Positions 50,017 to 59,863 are shown, numbered from the whole stretch's first letter. The stretch: 62,161 bases of DNA, filler included, from 6 parts of 6 records of this genome joined end to end with filler, not necessarily neighbours in it, one strand, 5' to 3'. Notes: generated from the sequence alone by a model not told the origin. Translations and numbers: made by a program.

Positions 50017-51969
50017 TCAATTCGTCGAAAAACGCTCCTCTATCTCCACGACTTTCTGGCGCAAAGTCTGGTACTCCATCAATAGCTGCATGTCCGCCCC
50101 ACTCTTGTCTGCCGCCATGCGCTCCTGGATCTGACGCATCTTATTCTGACAGTCCGTGCGCAGCATATTACTCAGCGCATCGTCCAACATCTTGGACACA
50201 TTTGGAGCATCACTGTACGCGCCGAACTTGACCCACAGCGGGCTCTCCTCAAAGTTTTCAACCGCCAGGCCGCTCAGCACCGCGCGGTCAGCATCGTCAA
50301 GACTCTCATCATTTAATGCGCTGTTGAGCGGGTCCAAGTGGTTCTCGGCCTTGTTGAGCAGGATCGCAAAAATGCGCTGCCCCAGCTCCGAGCTAAACTC
50401 CACTTCGCGCTCTTCCATCTGCGTGATGATATACTCAAAGGATCGCGGCTCCGCCAGCGCGCAGCGCAGCAGCAACTCTTCTTCCTGACTCAGTTTTTCC
50501 GCCTTGGCAGGCTCGGAGGCGGCGTCTTTGGCACTCGCCGCGTCTGGGCGTGAAACGGCATGTAATGGACCTGACTGCCCATCGCCCGTCTGAGTGTCGG
50601 CCTGCGCGCCGGCGGCGCGCGCTTTGTTGCGCTGCTCAGCGGCAGTCCCCGTGCGCAGCTGCAAGCTATTTTCCTTGCTGACTTCGCGCAGCTCAGCATA
50701 GAGCAGCTCCTCGCGGATGCGCATGCGCTCGGCGAGTTTCTTGATGTGAAACTCGCGCTTCAGATGATCCGGGATCAAGGCAATACTCGCCACCAGTGAG
50801 CGCAGCGCCTGAGCCGAACCTTCCGGCGTCGCCATTTCACCGCGCTGCTGCAGCAGCTCAGCCTTAAACTCAATCGCGTCGAGTGCCTTCTCCAGGCGCG
50901 CCTCAAATGCCGGCAGCCCCTGTTTTAAGACCAGACTGTCGGGGTCTTCGCCTTCAGGCAGCGTCACAATCGCCACGTCCATGTTCTCGCGCAGCGCCAC
51001 GTCGATGCCGCGCAGCGCAGCATTTGCGCCCGCATTGTCGGCGTCAAAAACGAGTAACATGCGCGAGCAGTAACGCTTGAGGCGATGCACCTGCTCGTTT
51101 GTAAGTGAAGTGCCGCTGGCGGCCACAACATTTTTGACGCCGGCCTGGTAGAGGCCAATCACGTCGGCGTAGCCCTCCACCATCAGGACGGTGGCTTTGC
51201 GCCGGATTTCATCGCGTGCCTGAAACAGGCCGTAGAGTGCCGCACTCTTGTCGTAAATCAGCGACTGTGGTGAGTTGACATATTTGGCGGGATTTTCATC
51301 GCCCGGCAGGATCCGCGCGCCGGCGCCAATCACACCGCCGGAAACATTCCAGATCGGAAAGGTGATGCGATTGCGGAAAAAGTCAAAATGCCCGCTCGAT
51401 TCGCGCGCACGCACCAAACCCGCATCCAGCAGATGCTCAGTCTCAAAGCCCAGGCGCTCCATCTCCTTGAGCGTCGCGTCCCATGAGTCCGGCGCAAAAC
51501 CGAGCATAAATGTTTTGATTGTCTCTTCGCCAAAACCGCGCTTGCGCAGATAAGCCATCGCCGGAGCGCCCGCCTCAGTGAATAGCCTGCGATGCCAGAA
51601 CGCCGCCGCCTCAGCCATCGCCTTGCCCGCCGCCGTCTTGGCGTCGATGCGCTCGCGCTCCTCAGGACTGATATCCTGCGTCGGCAAGACCACATTGGCA
51701 GAATGTGCCAGCTGCTTGACGGCTTCAGGGAAATTGAGCTTGTGATATTCCTGCATCCACGAATAACAGTTGCCGCCCTTGCCACAGCCAAAACACTTGT
51801 AAATGCCGCGTGCGGGATTGACGTTAAACGACGGTGTTTTTTCGTTGTGAAACGGACACAATCCCACGTAGTTGCTGCCGCGCCTGCGCAGGGCCACAAC
51901 CTCACCCACCAACTCAACAATGTCGGTCTGGTGACGAATCTGATCAATCAGATGCTCGGGATAGCGCAT
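50017..51969 (-). CDS. dnaG: DNA primase
   Basis: CHC2 zinc finger CPFHNEKTPSF..KCFGC, KYVNSP, TOPRIM VEGYADV..FDADNAG, DPD; ATG at 51969. Confidence 0.97.
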   Translation of the reverse strand: MRYPEHLIDQIRHQTDIVELVGEVVALRRRGSNYVGLCPFHNEKTPSFNVNPARGIYKCFGCGKGGNCYSWMQEYHKLNFPEAVKQLAHSANVVLPTQDISPEERERIDAKTAAGKAMAEAAAFWHRRLFTEAGAPAMAYLRKRGFGEETIKTFMLGFAPDSWDATLKEMERLGFETEHLLDAGLVRARESSGHFDFFRNRITFPIWNVSGGVIGAGARILPGDENPAKYVNSPQSLIYDKSAALYGLFQARDEIRRKATVLMVEGYADVIGLYQAGVKNVVAASGTSLTNEQVHRLKRYCSRMLLVFDADNAGANAALRGIDVALRENMDVAIVTLPEGEDPDSLVLKQGLPAFEARLEKALDAIEFKAELLQQRGEMATPEGSAQALRSLVASIALIPDHLKREFHIKKLAERMRIREELLYAELREVSKENSLQLRTGTAAEQRNKARAAGAQADTQTGDGQSGPLHAVSRPDAASAKDAASEPAKAEKLSQEEELLLRCALAEPRSFEYIITQMEEREVEFSSELGQRIFAILLNKAENHLDPLNSALNDESLDDADRAVLSGLAVENFEESPLWVKFGAYSDAPNVSKMLDDALSNMLRTDCQNKMRQIQERMAADKSGADMQLLMEYQTLRQKVVEIEERFSTN

Positions 51970-52110
51970 TCGGGTTCCTGATGCGGCGACTAACAAAAAA
52001 ACAAAAAGTAAGCTGCGAAGGCACGAGCAGCGCAGCGCTCAAAACCGGGCCAACAAAGTGGCACGGAATCTGCAAAAAACGACTCAAAGCAAGGCTAAAC
52101 CGCTGCGAAT

Positions 52111-52359
52111 TCAGGCGCGGAATTCGTACATCGCCACGCGTACATCAAACTGAGTGCCGGGTGCAAATGCCGGGTCGGAGGCCATCGCCAGTGGGTCAAC
52201 AACCTTAACTGTCGCCCAACATCCGCCGCCATATTTTAAGATTTCAGCGCGGTAGAGCTCGCGGCCTTCATGTGCAATCGTGTACGTGCCGCCCTTGTCC
52301 GGACGGGCTTCCTTAGGCAATTTTTCGTGATTCATGCGGGCCATATTGTCACCGAACAA
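52111..52359 (-). CDS. small hypothetical protein
   Basis: Plausible globular ORF (YRAEILKYGGGCWATVKV..FDVRVAMYEF) co-oriented with its neighbours; start is uncertain. Confidence 0.5.
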   Translation of the reverse strand: MFGDNMARMNHEKLPKEARPDKGGTYTIAHEGRELYRAEILKYGGGCWATVKVVDPLAMASDPAFAPGTQFDVRVAMYEFRA

Positions 52360-52471
52360 TGTTGTATAAAAACCAGAGACAGAAGAATGCGGGTCAGCTG
52401 GCAGACGCAGAAGCCGCGAACTTAGGGTAATCCGCTGCCAAACTCAAGGCCAAAAAATGCAGCGGGGCCAT

Positions 52472-52509
52472 AAAAACAAAAATCCCCTCGTGTACAAAAC
52501 ACGAAGGGA
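52472..52509 (-). terminator. intrinsic terminator after rpsD
   Basis: Minus strand TCCCTTCGTG-loop-CACGAGGGGA then a T-rich tail. Confidence 0.7.
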
Positions 52510-52558
52510 CTTTTGAATTGACGGCATATGCGCAAACAAGGCGCACATGCAAACTGGC

Positions 52559-53161
52559 TTAACGTGAGTAGTATTCGATGACCAGCGGTACTTCGCAGAT
52601 CACAGGGATTTCCTCACGTGGCGGCAAATACAGGAATTTGACGCTCAGGTCCGACTTGGTCAGGTCCAGGTAGTCAGGTGGCGCGGAGGAGCGGATCGCT
52701 TCCTGGAAACACTCCAGTTTGCGGCTCTTTTCCTTGATCGAAACCACGTCATTTACCTTCAGTTGGTACGAAGGAATGTTAACGCGTTTGCCGTTGACTT
52801 CAACGTGACGGTGCGTTACATACTGGCGTGCAGCGTAGATCGAACGGGCCAGGCCGGAACGAAATACGACGGCATCCAGACGCGATTCCATCAGCTGTAC
52901 CAACAGATCCCCAGTGTTACCGAGCATGCGGTTGGCTTTGGCAACATAACGGCGCAGTTGGCGCTCGTGGATGTTGTACTGCAGGCGCAGGCGTTGTTTT
53001 TCGAGCAGCTGCTTACCGTAGTCACTAATTTTTGGACGACGTTTGGCATTACCGTGCTGGCCCGGCTTGTACGGTTTGCGATCCATGTATTTCTTCGCTT
53101 TTGAAGTCATAGGCACTTCAATTTTGCGCGAGATACGGATCTTTGGTCCGGTATAATTCAT
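52559..53161 (-). CDS. rpsD: 30S ribosomal protein S4 (zinc-free type, stand-alone)
   Basis: MNYTGPK..PGQHG..SDYGKQLLEKQRL, ESRLDAVVFRSG, ARQYVTHRH, VNIPSY, IEYYSR; ATG at 53161. Confidence 0.96.
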   Translation of the reverse strand: MNYTGPKIRISRKIEVPMTSKAKKYMDRKPYKPGQHGNAKRRPKISDYGKQLLEKQRLRLQYNIHERQLRRYVAKANRMLGNTGDLLVQLMESRLDAVVFRSGLARSIYAARQYVTHRHVEVNGKRVNIPSYQLKVNDVVSIKEKSRKLECFQEAIRSSAPPDYLDLTKSDLSVKFLYLPPREEIPVICEVPLVIEYYSR

Positions 53162-53186
53162 GCTAAATCCCTTGATGTTTGAAAAT

Positions 53187-53249
53187 GCAACGCTCTTTAC
53201 GCTCCGGCACGCCAGGGAAGGCGGCAAATCGGACTAAAGAGGCAGCTGC
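53187..53249 (-). ncRNA. putative structured rpsD 5' leader (r-leader candidate)
   Basis: Nested pairings on the minus strand: GCAGC/GTTGC, CTCTTTA/TAAAGAG, TCCG/CGGA, GCC/GGC; ends 25 nt before the ATG. Confidence 0.45.
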
Positions 53250-53317
53250 TCTAAACAGTGTGCATAAACGGCGTTTTGCTGATTATGCCTTAAAATTTTC
53301 AGTGTTTTGCGGCTTGT

Positions 53318-54019
53318 TCAAGCCGGCTCGCTGCCGTTCGCCGGAGTCTCTTTGTCGGAGTTCGGCAATGTTTTGGCGCTTTTTTCAGAGCTTTTTGTTT
53401 GGCTCTGTTTGTCGGGTTTGGCGTCCTTGGGCTTCCACAATGCACCGGAATTGATGTCGGACATTGCGCGACCGGGGCCGATGCGTGCCAGATGTTTGAC
53501 AGCCATGGCGGCATGTCCAATCATTTGATCACGCAGTTCAAGGTCTTCGTTGCCAAAGGACTCCAGCACGTAATCCACCAGGCCGCCGGGGCCAAAATCG
53601 CGGCCGATGCCGCAGCGCAGGCGGAAGAAATCGGGGCTGCCGAGTTCCTGAATCAGTGAGGCGATGCCGTTGTGGCCGCCGTCACTGCCACCGCGTTTTA
53701 GGTGGACCTTGCCGACTGGAAAGTTGTACTCGTCAACGACTGCGATGATGTTTTTAACACCGAGGCCGAGAGCACGGGCGAGCGGCGCTACCGCTTCACC
53801 GGAAAGATTCATGTATGTCAAAGGTTCAACGAGGAGGAGGCGCGACTGCCCAACGCGTATGCGCGCTTCCATCCACATGCGACCGGCCTGCTGCCATTCG
53901 TCTGCGGGTTTGAGGGCTTCACAGACCATCCAGCCAATGTTGTGGCGCGTCTGTGCGTATTTGGCACCGGGATTCCCGAGCCCAACTACCAACCAATCAA
54001 CTTTACCCGCAGCTGCCAT
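53318..54019 (-). CDS. pth: peptidyl-tRNA hydrolase
   Basis: LVVGLGNPG..TRHNIG, PLTYMNLSG, GGHNG, RLRCGIG; Lys/Ser-rich C-terminal extension. Confidence 0.95.
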   Translation of the reverse strand: MAAAGKVDWLVVGLGNPGAKYAQTRHNIGWMVCEALKPADEWQQAGRMWMEARIRVGQSRLLLVEPLTYMNLSGEAVAPLARALGLGVKNIIAVVDEYNFPVGKVHLKRGGSDGGHNGIASLIQELGSPDFFRLRCGIGRDFGPGGLVDYVLESFGNEDLELRDQMIGHAAMAVKHLARIGPGRAMSDINSGALWKPKDAKPDKQSQTKSSEKSAKTLPNSDKETPANGSEPA

Positions 54020-54035
54020 TTTTTTATGCCTTCAT

Positions 54036-54073
54036 AAAAAAAGAGGCCTGAAGCGGCTTCGCGTTCAGACCTC
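54036..54073 (-). terminator. intrinsic terminator after rplY
   Basis: Minus strand GAGGTCTGAA-loop-TTCAGGCCTC then TTTTTTT. Confidence 0.7.
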
Positions 54074-54090
54074 GTAACAGGCTAATCAGA

Positions 54091-54696
54091 TCAGGCTTCG
54101 GCTGTTGCAGCCGCGGCACCTTCTTCGGTCGTCGTACCGGCCATGGCGCGACGTGAAGTAGCGACGCGATATACAACCGCTGATTCTGGTTCGTTGATCA
54201 CACCACCGTCCCATGACAGGTCACGGATACGCATGTTCTCACCGATTTTCATGTCGCTGATTTCGATCTGGATGCTGGCTGGAATGTTTTCCGGCTGGCA
54301 GATAATGCGAACGCTGGACATAACAGCAGTGGCAATACCACCACCACGCTCACCAACGGACTGGCCATTGAAGCGCAGCGGCACGCGGATGCGTACTTCT
54401 TTGCCGGGCGTCAAGCCAAAGAGATCGAAGTGTACAATCTCATCTGTGATAGGATCAAAAACTACATCGCGCACGATGCATTTCTGAACGCCATCAGTGC
54501 CGTTGATCGTCATTTCTACGATGTGATTATCGCGAGTATAGATGATCGGACGCAGGCTAAGAGTGGGGACAGCAATAGGAATGCCTGGCTCACCATTTTT
54601 ATAGAACACACCAGGTGTCTGACCTTCGCGGCGCATTACACGCGCAACACTTTTGCCGGTTTCGCGGCGCTCGACTGTCAAAGGAATGATACTCAT
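54091..54696 (-). CDS. rplY: 50S ribosomal protein L25 (Ctc, long form)
   Basis: GKSVARVMRREGQTPGVFY, DPITDEIVHFD, VPLRFNG..GG; prs-rplY-pth synteny. Confidence 0.93.
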   Translation of the reverse strand: MSIIPLTVERRETGKSVARVMRREGQTPGVFYKNGEPGIPIAVPTLSLRPIIYTRDNHIVEMTINGTDGVQKCIVRDVVFDPITDEIVHFDLFGLTPGKEVRIRVPLRFNGQSVGERGGGIATAVMSSVRIICQPENIPASIQIEISDMKIGENMRIRDLSWDGGVINEPESAVVYRVATSRRAMAGTTTEEGAAAATAEA

Positions 54697-54755
54697 GATA
54701 ATAACCTTGTATCAGCTTGCTGAAAATTTTATACGGTGTTCACAAGTCGCTCACG

Positions 54756-55691
54756 TCAGAACGTAATATCAAACAGCGATGAGATCGAGCGATTGTTGTG
54801 TGTCCTGATTATAGCTTCGGCAAAGATTTTGGCGGCTGAGTATACTTCGATTTTGTCGATCGAAGTATGCAGCGGCACTGTATCCGTAACTACAATTTTG
54901 GAACATGGACTGCCTTTGAGTTTTTCGATCGCCTTACCCGAAAAGACAGGGTGTGTACAGGCTCCGAAGACTTCTTTGGCACCGGCGTCGATCAGCGCTT
55001 GCGCGCAATTGACGAAAGTACCGGCAGTATCAATAAGGTCATCGACGATGATAATGTTTTTCCCGTCAGCCTCACCAATGATGTTCATCACTTCGGTTTG
55101 GTTGGGATGGGAGCGCCGTTTATCTACCAAAAGCAGATCGGCATTAAGCCGTTTGGCATAGGCCCGCGCCATTTTGGCACCACCCACATCGGGAGCGGCT
55201 ATCGCCAGGTCGTCGAGTTCCAAATCTTTGAGCGCACGGATCAGCACGGTTGATGCGTATAGGTGATCCAGCGGAATATCAAAAAAGCCCTGCAGCTGCG
55301 GGGCGTGCAAATCCATCGTTATCACGCGGTCGGCGCCGGCGGTCGTCAGGAGGTTGGCAGCCAGCTTGGCCGTGATCGACACGCGCGGCTGATCTTTACG
55401 ATCCTGGCGTGCATACCCAAAGTAGGGAATCACAGCTGTGATGCGGCGCGCTGAAGCCCGGCGCGCAGCGTCGAGCAGAATCAGCATCTCCATCAGGTTA
55501 TCGGCCGGGGCAAATGTTGACTGTATAATAAACAGGTCAACGCCGCGGATGTTCTCTTCGTATTTTACCCACAGCTCACCGTCGCTGTAATTGCGGATGT
55601 CCACCTTACAGAGGTCAACACCAAGGTGGCCCGCAATATCATTCGCCAGATGTTCACTGGCTCGTCCTGAGGCAATTTTAAAATCAGGCAT
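54756..55691 (-). CDS. prs: ribose-phosphate pyrophosphokinase
   Basis: SDGE, PYFGYARQDRK, MDLHAPQ, PDVGG, IVDDLIDTAGT. Confidence 0.97.
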   Translation of the reverse strand: MPDFKIASGRASEHLANDIAGHLGVDLCKVDIRNYSDGELWVKYEENIRGVDLFIIQSTFAPADNLMEMLILLDAARRASARRITAVIPYFGYARQDRKDQPRVSITAKLAANLLTTAGADRVITMDLHAPQLQGFFDIPLDHLYASTVLIRALKDLELDDLAIAAPDVGGAKMARAYAKRLNADLLLVDKRRSHPNQTEVMNIIGEADGKNIIIVDDLIDTAGTFVNCAQALIDAGAKEVFGACTHPVFSGKAIEKLKGSPCSKIVVTDTVPLHTSIDKIEVYSAAKIFAEAIIRTHNNRSISSLFDITF

Positions 55692-55791
55692 AGGGGCTCA
55701 AAAACACGTACTGCGCCAGGTGGCGCAGTAGTTCGAATTTCCTGGGTCAACATTATATACTGTTGCCGCAGTACGTTCAGAAGAGATTTTG

Positions 55792-55846
55792 CAGGGCCGG
55801 CAGGATTTGAACCTACGAATGCCGGTACCAAAAACCGGTGCCTTAC
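55792..55846 (-). tRNA. tRNA-Gln(TTG), 5'-truncated
   Basis: Reverse complement GTAAGGCA-CCGGT-TTTTGGT-ACCGG-CATTC-GTAGGTTCAAATCCTGC-CGGCCCTG; classic tRNA-Gln-prs synteny; CCA not encoded. Confidence 0.9.
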
Positions 55847-55946
55847 NNNNNNNNNNNNNNNNNNNNNNNNNNNNNNNNNNNNNNNNNNNNTTAATTAATT
55901 AANNNNNNNNNNNNNNNNNNNNNNNNNNNNNNNNNNNNNNNNNNNN
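55847..55946. other. artificial contig spacer
   Basis: 44 N + TTAATTAATTAA + 44 N. Confidence 0.99.
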
Positions 55947-56149
55947 GGGCTCGACCCGGTTGTCTTGAAGACTGAATCCCCAAGATTTCCGGATAACAAT
56001 CCACCCCAATTCCGACAATTCTCAAGACTCTAAGTCTTGCCTCAGACTCTCAGACTTTGAATTCACAAGCTGACACTCTTGACTTCCAGCTCAAGTTCTT
56101 GAGACTTCCGGCTCAGTGATTAACAAGAAACTCAATAAGCCTAGCGCAG

Positions 56150-56380
56150 CTAAAGGCGCTCATTCCGGTCCAGCGCGATCAAAGTCACAGTTCGCGCGGC
56201 AGAAACGCAGCTAATCTCGAATTCGCGGCGCAATTTGCCTGGCCAGGAAGTGTTAACTGCAAAATTGGCAAGGACTACTTATGTGCTGGAGGTGCGTGAC
56301 GTTCCGGCCGGCAGCTGTTTTAATTAAGCGTAAATTCAACTGATGGTCAGGTGCTTAAACCACGTAACATTGTGCGTTAG
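56150..56380 (+). pseudogene. degenerate, frameshifted T9SS C-terminal sorting domain remnant
   Basis: Manual translation IKVTVRAAETQLISNSRRNLPGQEV..YVLEVRDVPAGSCFN*, then in a shifted frame LSVNSTDGQVLKPRNIVR*; resembles the type-A CTD pattern 'NxxGQxV..LDVxxLPAGxY.L.V'. Confidence 0.4.
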
Positions 56381-56701
56381 GACGCGGATTAACAGGTTTG
56401 GAGAATAATGAGGCCTGAACGCAGACTATGCGATTGGGCCGTGTTGTTTATGAGACTTCCGGGGACGCTGGTGAGTGCCGAATTCTTGTTGCTGCAGCAG
56501 CGGCGCATCAGTGATTGTCCGACGCCAAAACTACTTTTAAACACGAATTTGAAAAGTTAATTCTAAAGTGTACATTGATGCATTGACGTTTGCAGGTCTT
56601 ACCATAGGTCCCCCCCCACCTCCACGTGACTATCTTGCCCGGATCAGCACACTCAGACGCTCGCTCGCAAAACGTTTGATCACACAATCTAATTACTATC
56701 G

Positions 56702-59700
56702 ATGAAATCAATTCCGACCATGGACTTGATGACAGCACTGATGTCCCTTGTGATATCATTGTTGGTACATCCGGTCAATATTTTGGCAGCCGGGCATGCG
56801 AACCACAAATTCAGTGCAGCTGTTGCAGCCGCAACATTGGAAACCGAGCCGGGCTTGGAGCCTGCTGCGATGGCGCTGGACACACCTGAGTTTGCACTGG
56901 TTTTTAGCGACGGCAATCCCAACGAACTCGACTTCCTGGACTACAACCCGCTGCCGGGTTTATATGCATATGCCAGCATAATTGACGGCCGCATGGAAAT
57001 AGGCACTCTGGAAAGTGACGGCACACCAAAAATGCGGGTGCAATACGACATGAACACGGCTCCGCGGGGACTGCGCCTGCTCGACGATGGATCAATCCTG
57101 GTGGGAGCAACGTCCAACTACGACCGGAGGTCAAATCGCGACCACTACTTTATGCGTGTGCGTGCCGACGGCACATTAATCTGGGCGCGTGACCTTGTCT
57201 ACCAGGGCCGCGATTTACGCAACTACGTCACACATTCACAGGATGAGTCGATAATAATCAGCGGTTGGCATGCCGACAGCGGCATCATTGACGACCTTGT
57301 TTTTGCGCGCATTAACAAAGACGGAACTATGCCCTGGCTGCGCCGCCTTGATCTGAATGATGATGATCAGATTACAGGCGCAGCTCGCAGTTTGAGCGGC
57401 GGCGCGCTGTTTACAGGCGTACGCATTGATGCCGGCATTGACGAGACTCTGATTTTTGTTGGCGAAGTCTCCGCCGCCGGCGACCTGGCCTGGATTCAGC
57501 AGTACGCCTTCCCCACCGGTCTCAAGGAAGACCAGTGCCGCATTGCTGCTACAAATGACGGCGGCTTTATCCTCGCAGGCGGAACGATAAGCAGTCGCAA
57601 CGCCTGGTTAATGAAAGTGGACGCTGCACACATGCCCGAGTGGACTAAAACATTTGACCGCCCGCTGCTGCCAAATGAAGGCATTGTTTACAGCAAAACC
57701 GAATTTACGCTGGCGGTGGATGCCGCATCCAACATGTACATCTCAAACATTTATGCGGCACGCGTAAACGATACCGTCGCAACAGTCCTCAAGTTAAACA
57801 AGGATGGCGAATTTGTTAAAGGATACAGCTACTTTGATGGTGTTTGTGATAATATCTTAACACACTCTGATCAAATCACTATTTCGGGTTTTGCTAAAAA
57901 CATTCCTGGTGGTTTTGGTGATCGCGACGCATTTATTGCGCGCCTGGGCACTTCAATGCAAAACTGCCTTGGAACTGCCGTTACGCTCGAATTGCGCACA
58001 GCACCCAATGCCACTTCAGTCCCCTGGCCACAAAATGAGGTCAGCTTCACGGCTGTAGAAAACGCCGCGCTCCTGGTTGATTTGCCGCCAAGAATTGAAC
58101 TTAGTCCCCTGCCACATAAACATCTGTGCTGCCAACTGGAAGCGGATATCGAAATCAATCCGTCCAGCGCATGTGCCGGCACGCCAATTAACATGCGTGT
58201 CAACAATATTTCAGAAGGCACAAGCTTCCGGTGGCTGATCGATGGTGAAGCCTATTCTTCCAGCCAGGATGCGACGATCACACTTAGCCGACCTGGCGAG
58301 TACAATTTTGAGCTGGCCCTAACCGGCGATTTGTGCTCAAAAGTAATCAGTCGCACAATCACTGTCCAAGCCGAGCCGCAAATCAATTTTGAAACACCCG
58401 CTCCTGTCTGTAAGGACAGCACACGCATGTTAACTGTTTCGGGCGCGGATTCATATCAGTGGACTCCTGCTGACGGGCTTTCGTGCACAGACTGCCCTAA
58501 CCCAGTTTTTACTGCAGACCAAACCAGCACATATGTTGTGCAGGGTACATCGGCGGCGGGCTGTACGACTAACCGAACGGTAACGATTGAGGTGTATGAT
58601 TGCTGCCGGGGCCTCGCTGTTCCACAGCCAGATTTTGACTTTACAGCTCAGTCTCAATGCATTGACGCTGAAGTCCAATTTTCGCTCCGGGCTCCGCTGC
58701 CGGCCGGCATGCACCTGGTCTGGGATTTTGGTCCATCTGCACAGCCGCGCAGCTCTACGCAGGAAAATGTTAAAGTCCGCTTTTTGACGCAGGGCACACA
58801 AACTATTAAACTGACCTATATCGATAGCTGCGGCTTTCGCCGTTCGAACACACGCAACCTAAATATTGTGGCTCCACCACTTGCAGATGCCGGCCGAGAT
58901 ATTCTGGTCTGTTCGGGAGAAATCATAGAAGGCCAGATTGGCAGCCCTCCGATTCCAAATCATGCCTACCGCTGGACACCCGCCACAAAAGTTAACAACC
59001 CCAACATTGCCAATCCTACGGTCAAACTACGCGAACACACGAAGTTAAAAGTCACAGTCACGGACTTGACGACAGGATGCCGTGCCGATGACGAAGTCAT
59101 TGTTGGCCTGGGAGAAGCGCCTTCTAGCCTCAGCCTCGCAGCCGCAATCCCCGTAGAAATTGGTGTGCAAAACTCTTATGAGAATGTCTGCCGCCAGACA
59201 AAAGTACGCAACAATTCCAGGGATAGAACGGTCCTGATCGATAGCCTGTGGTTTACGCGCGGCGCACAGTTTTCAGCGCCCCCGGGGCAATTGCCAATCG
59301 TGGTTCCACCGGGTCAAAGTGCTGAAATTGAGATGTGTTTTGCGGCCGAATACTTTGGCATCTACCAGGACACCATTATGCTCGGCTCCGAGTGTGGCAC
59401 GCTCGAACTGCCGCTGCAGGCGTTTCGCGAAATTGATATTCTGACGGACGTAAACGATCCGCTTGTAGATTTGCGCACACGCGCATTACATAGTTCCGGG
59501 AGCGCACTGACAACTGCTGTCGCCTGGCCCAACCCAGTCGAATCCTTTGTGAACATTAGCCTGCAATTGGGCGCACAGCAAAACAGCGCCAATCTACGCA
59601 GTTATCTGATAAATCAAGTGGGACAAAGGCTTAAACTGCGGCCGGTCCAAAACTCCGGCAGAACAGTCACCTTGCCGGGCGGGGACGTCCAGCAGGTAGA

Positions 59701-59818
59701 ACTGCAATACGACTTAACAGAACTGCTGTCGCGGCACATTATTAGCGGTGGCGTTTATTATCTGGAGATTAGTCTGGACGGCATGCGCGGCCTCTATCCG
59801 ATTGTCGTCAAACCGTAA
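56702..59818 (+). CDS. large secreted multidomain protein (beta-propeller-like repeats, PKD/Ig-like domains, T9SS-type C-terminal domain)
   Basis: Hydrophobic N-terminus; repeated xxDGxxxW blades; WDFG PKD motif; SYQWTPADGLSCTDCPNP repeat; C-terminal AWPNPV..SGGVYYLEI..IVVK. Confidence 0.78.
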   Translation: MKSIPTMDLMTALMSLVISLLVHPVNILAAGHANHKFSAAVAAATLETEPGLEPAAMALDTPEFALVFSDGNPNELDFLDYNPLPGLYAYASIIDGRMEIGTLESDGTPKMRVQYDMNTAPRGLRLLDDGSILVGATSNYDRRSNRDHYFMRVRADGTLIWARDLVYQGRDLRNYVTHSQDESIIISGWHADSGIIDDLVFARINKDGTMPWLRRLDLNDDDQITGAARSLSGGALFTGVRIDAGIDETLIFVGEVSAAGDLAWIQQYAFPTGLKEDQCRIAATNDGGFILAGGTISSRNAWLMKVDAAHMPEWTKTFDRPLLPNEGIVYSKTEFTLAVDAASNMYISNIYAARVNDTVATVLKLNKDGEFVKGYSYFDGVCDNILTHSDQITISGFAKNIPGGFGDRDAFIARLGTSMQNCLGTAVTLELRTAPNATSVPWPQNEVSFTAVENAALLVDLPPRIELSPLPHKHLCCQLEADIEINPSSACAGTPINMRVNNISEGTSFRWLIDGEAYSSSQDATITLSRPGEYNFELALTGDLCSKVISRTITVQAEPQINFETPAPVCKDSTRMLTVSGADSYQWTPADGLSCTDCPNPVFTADQTSTYVVQGTSAAGCTTNRTVTIEVYDCCRGLAVPQPDFDFTAQSQCIDAEVQFSLRAPLPAGMHLVWDFGPSAQPRSSTQENVKVRFLTQGTQTIKLTYIDSCGFRRSNTRNLNIVAPPLADAGRDILVCSGEIIEGQIGSPPIPNHAYRWTPATKVNNPNIANPTVKLREHTKLKVTVTDLTTGCRADDEVIVGLGEAPSSLSLAAAIPVEIGVQNSYENVCRQTKVRNNSRDRTVLIDSLWFTRGAQFSAPPGQLPIVVPPGQSAEIEMCFAAEYFGIYQDTIMLGSECGTLELPLQAFREIDILTDVNDPLVDLRTRALHSSGSALTTAVAWPNPVESFVNISLQLGAQQNSANLRSYLINQVGQRLKLRPVQNSGRTVTLPGGDVQQVELQYDLTELLSRHIISGGVYYLEISLDGMRGLYPIVVKP

Positions 59819-59863
59819 CGTTACAATGAGTATCTGTGGCCGCAAATCAGTTCACCTCTCGGC

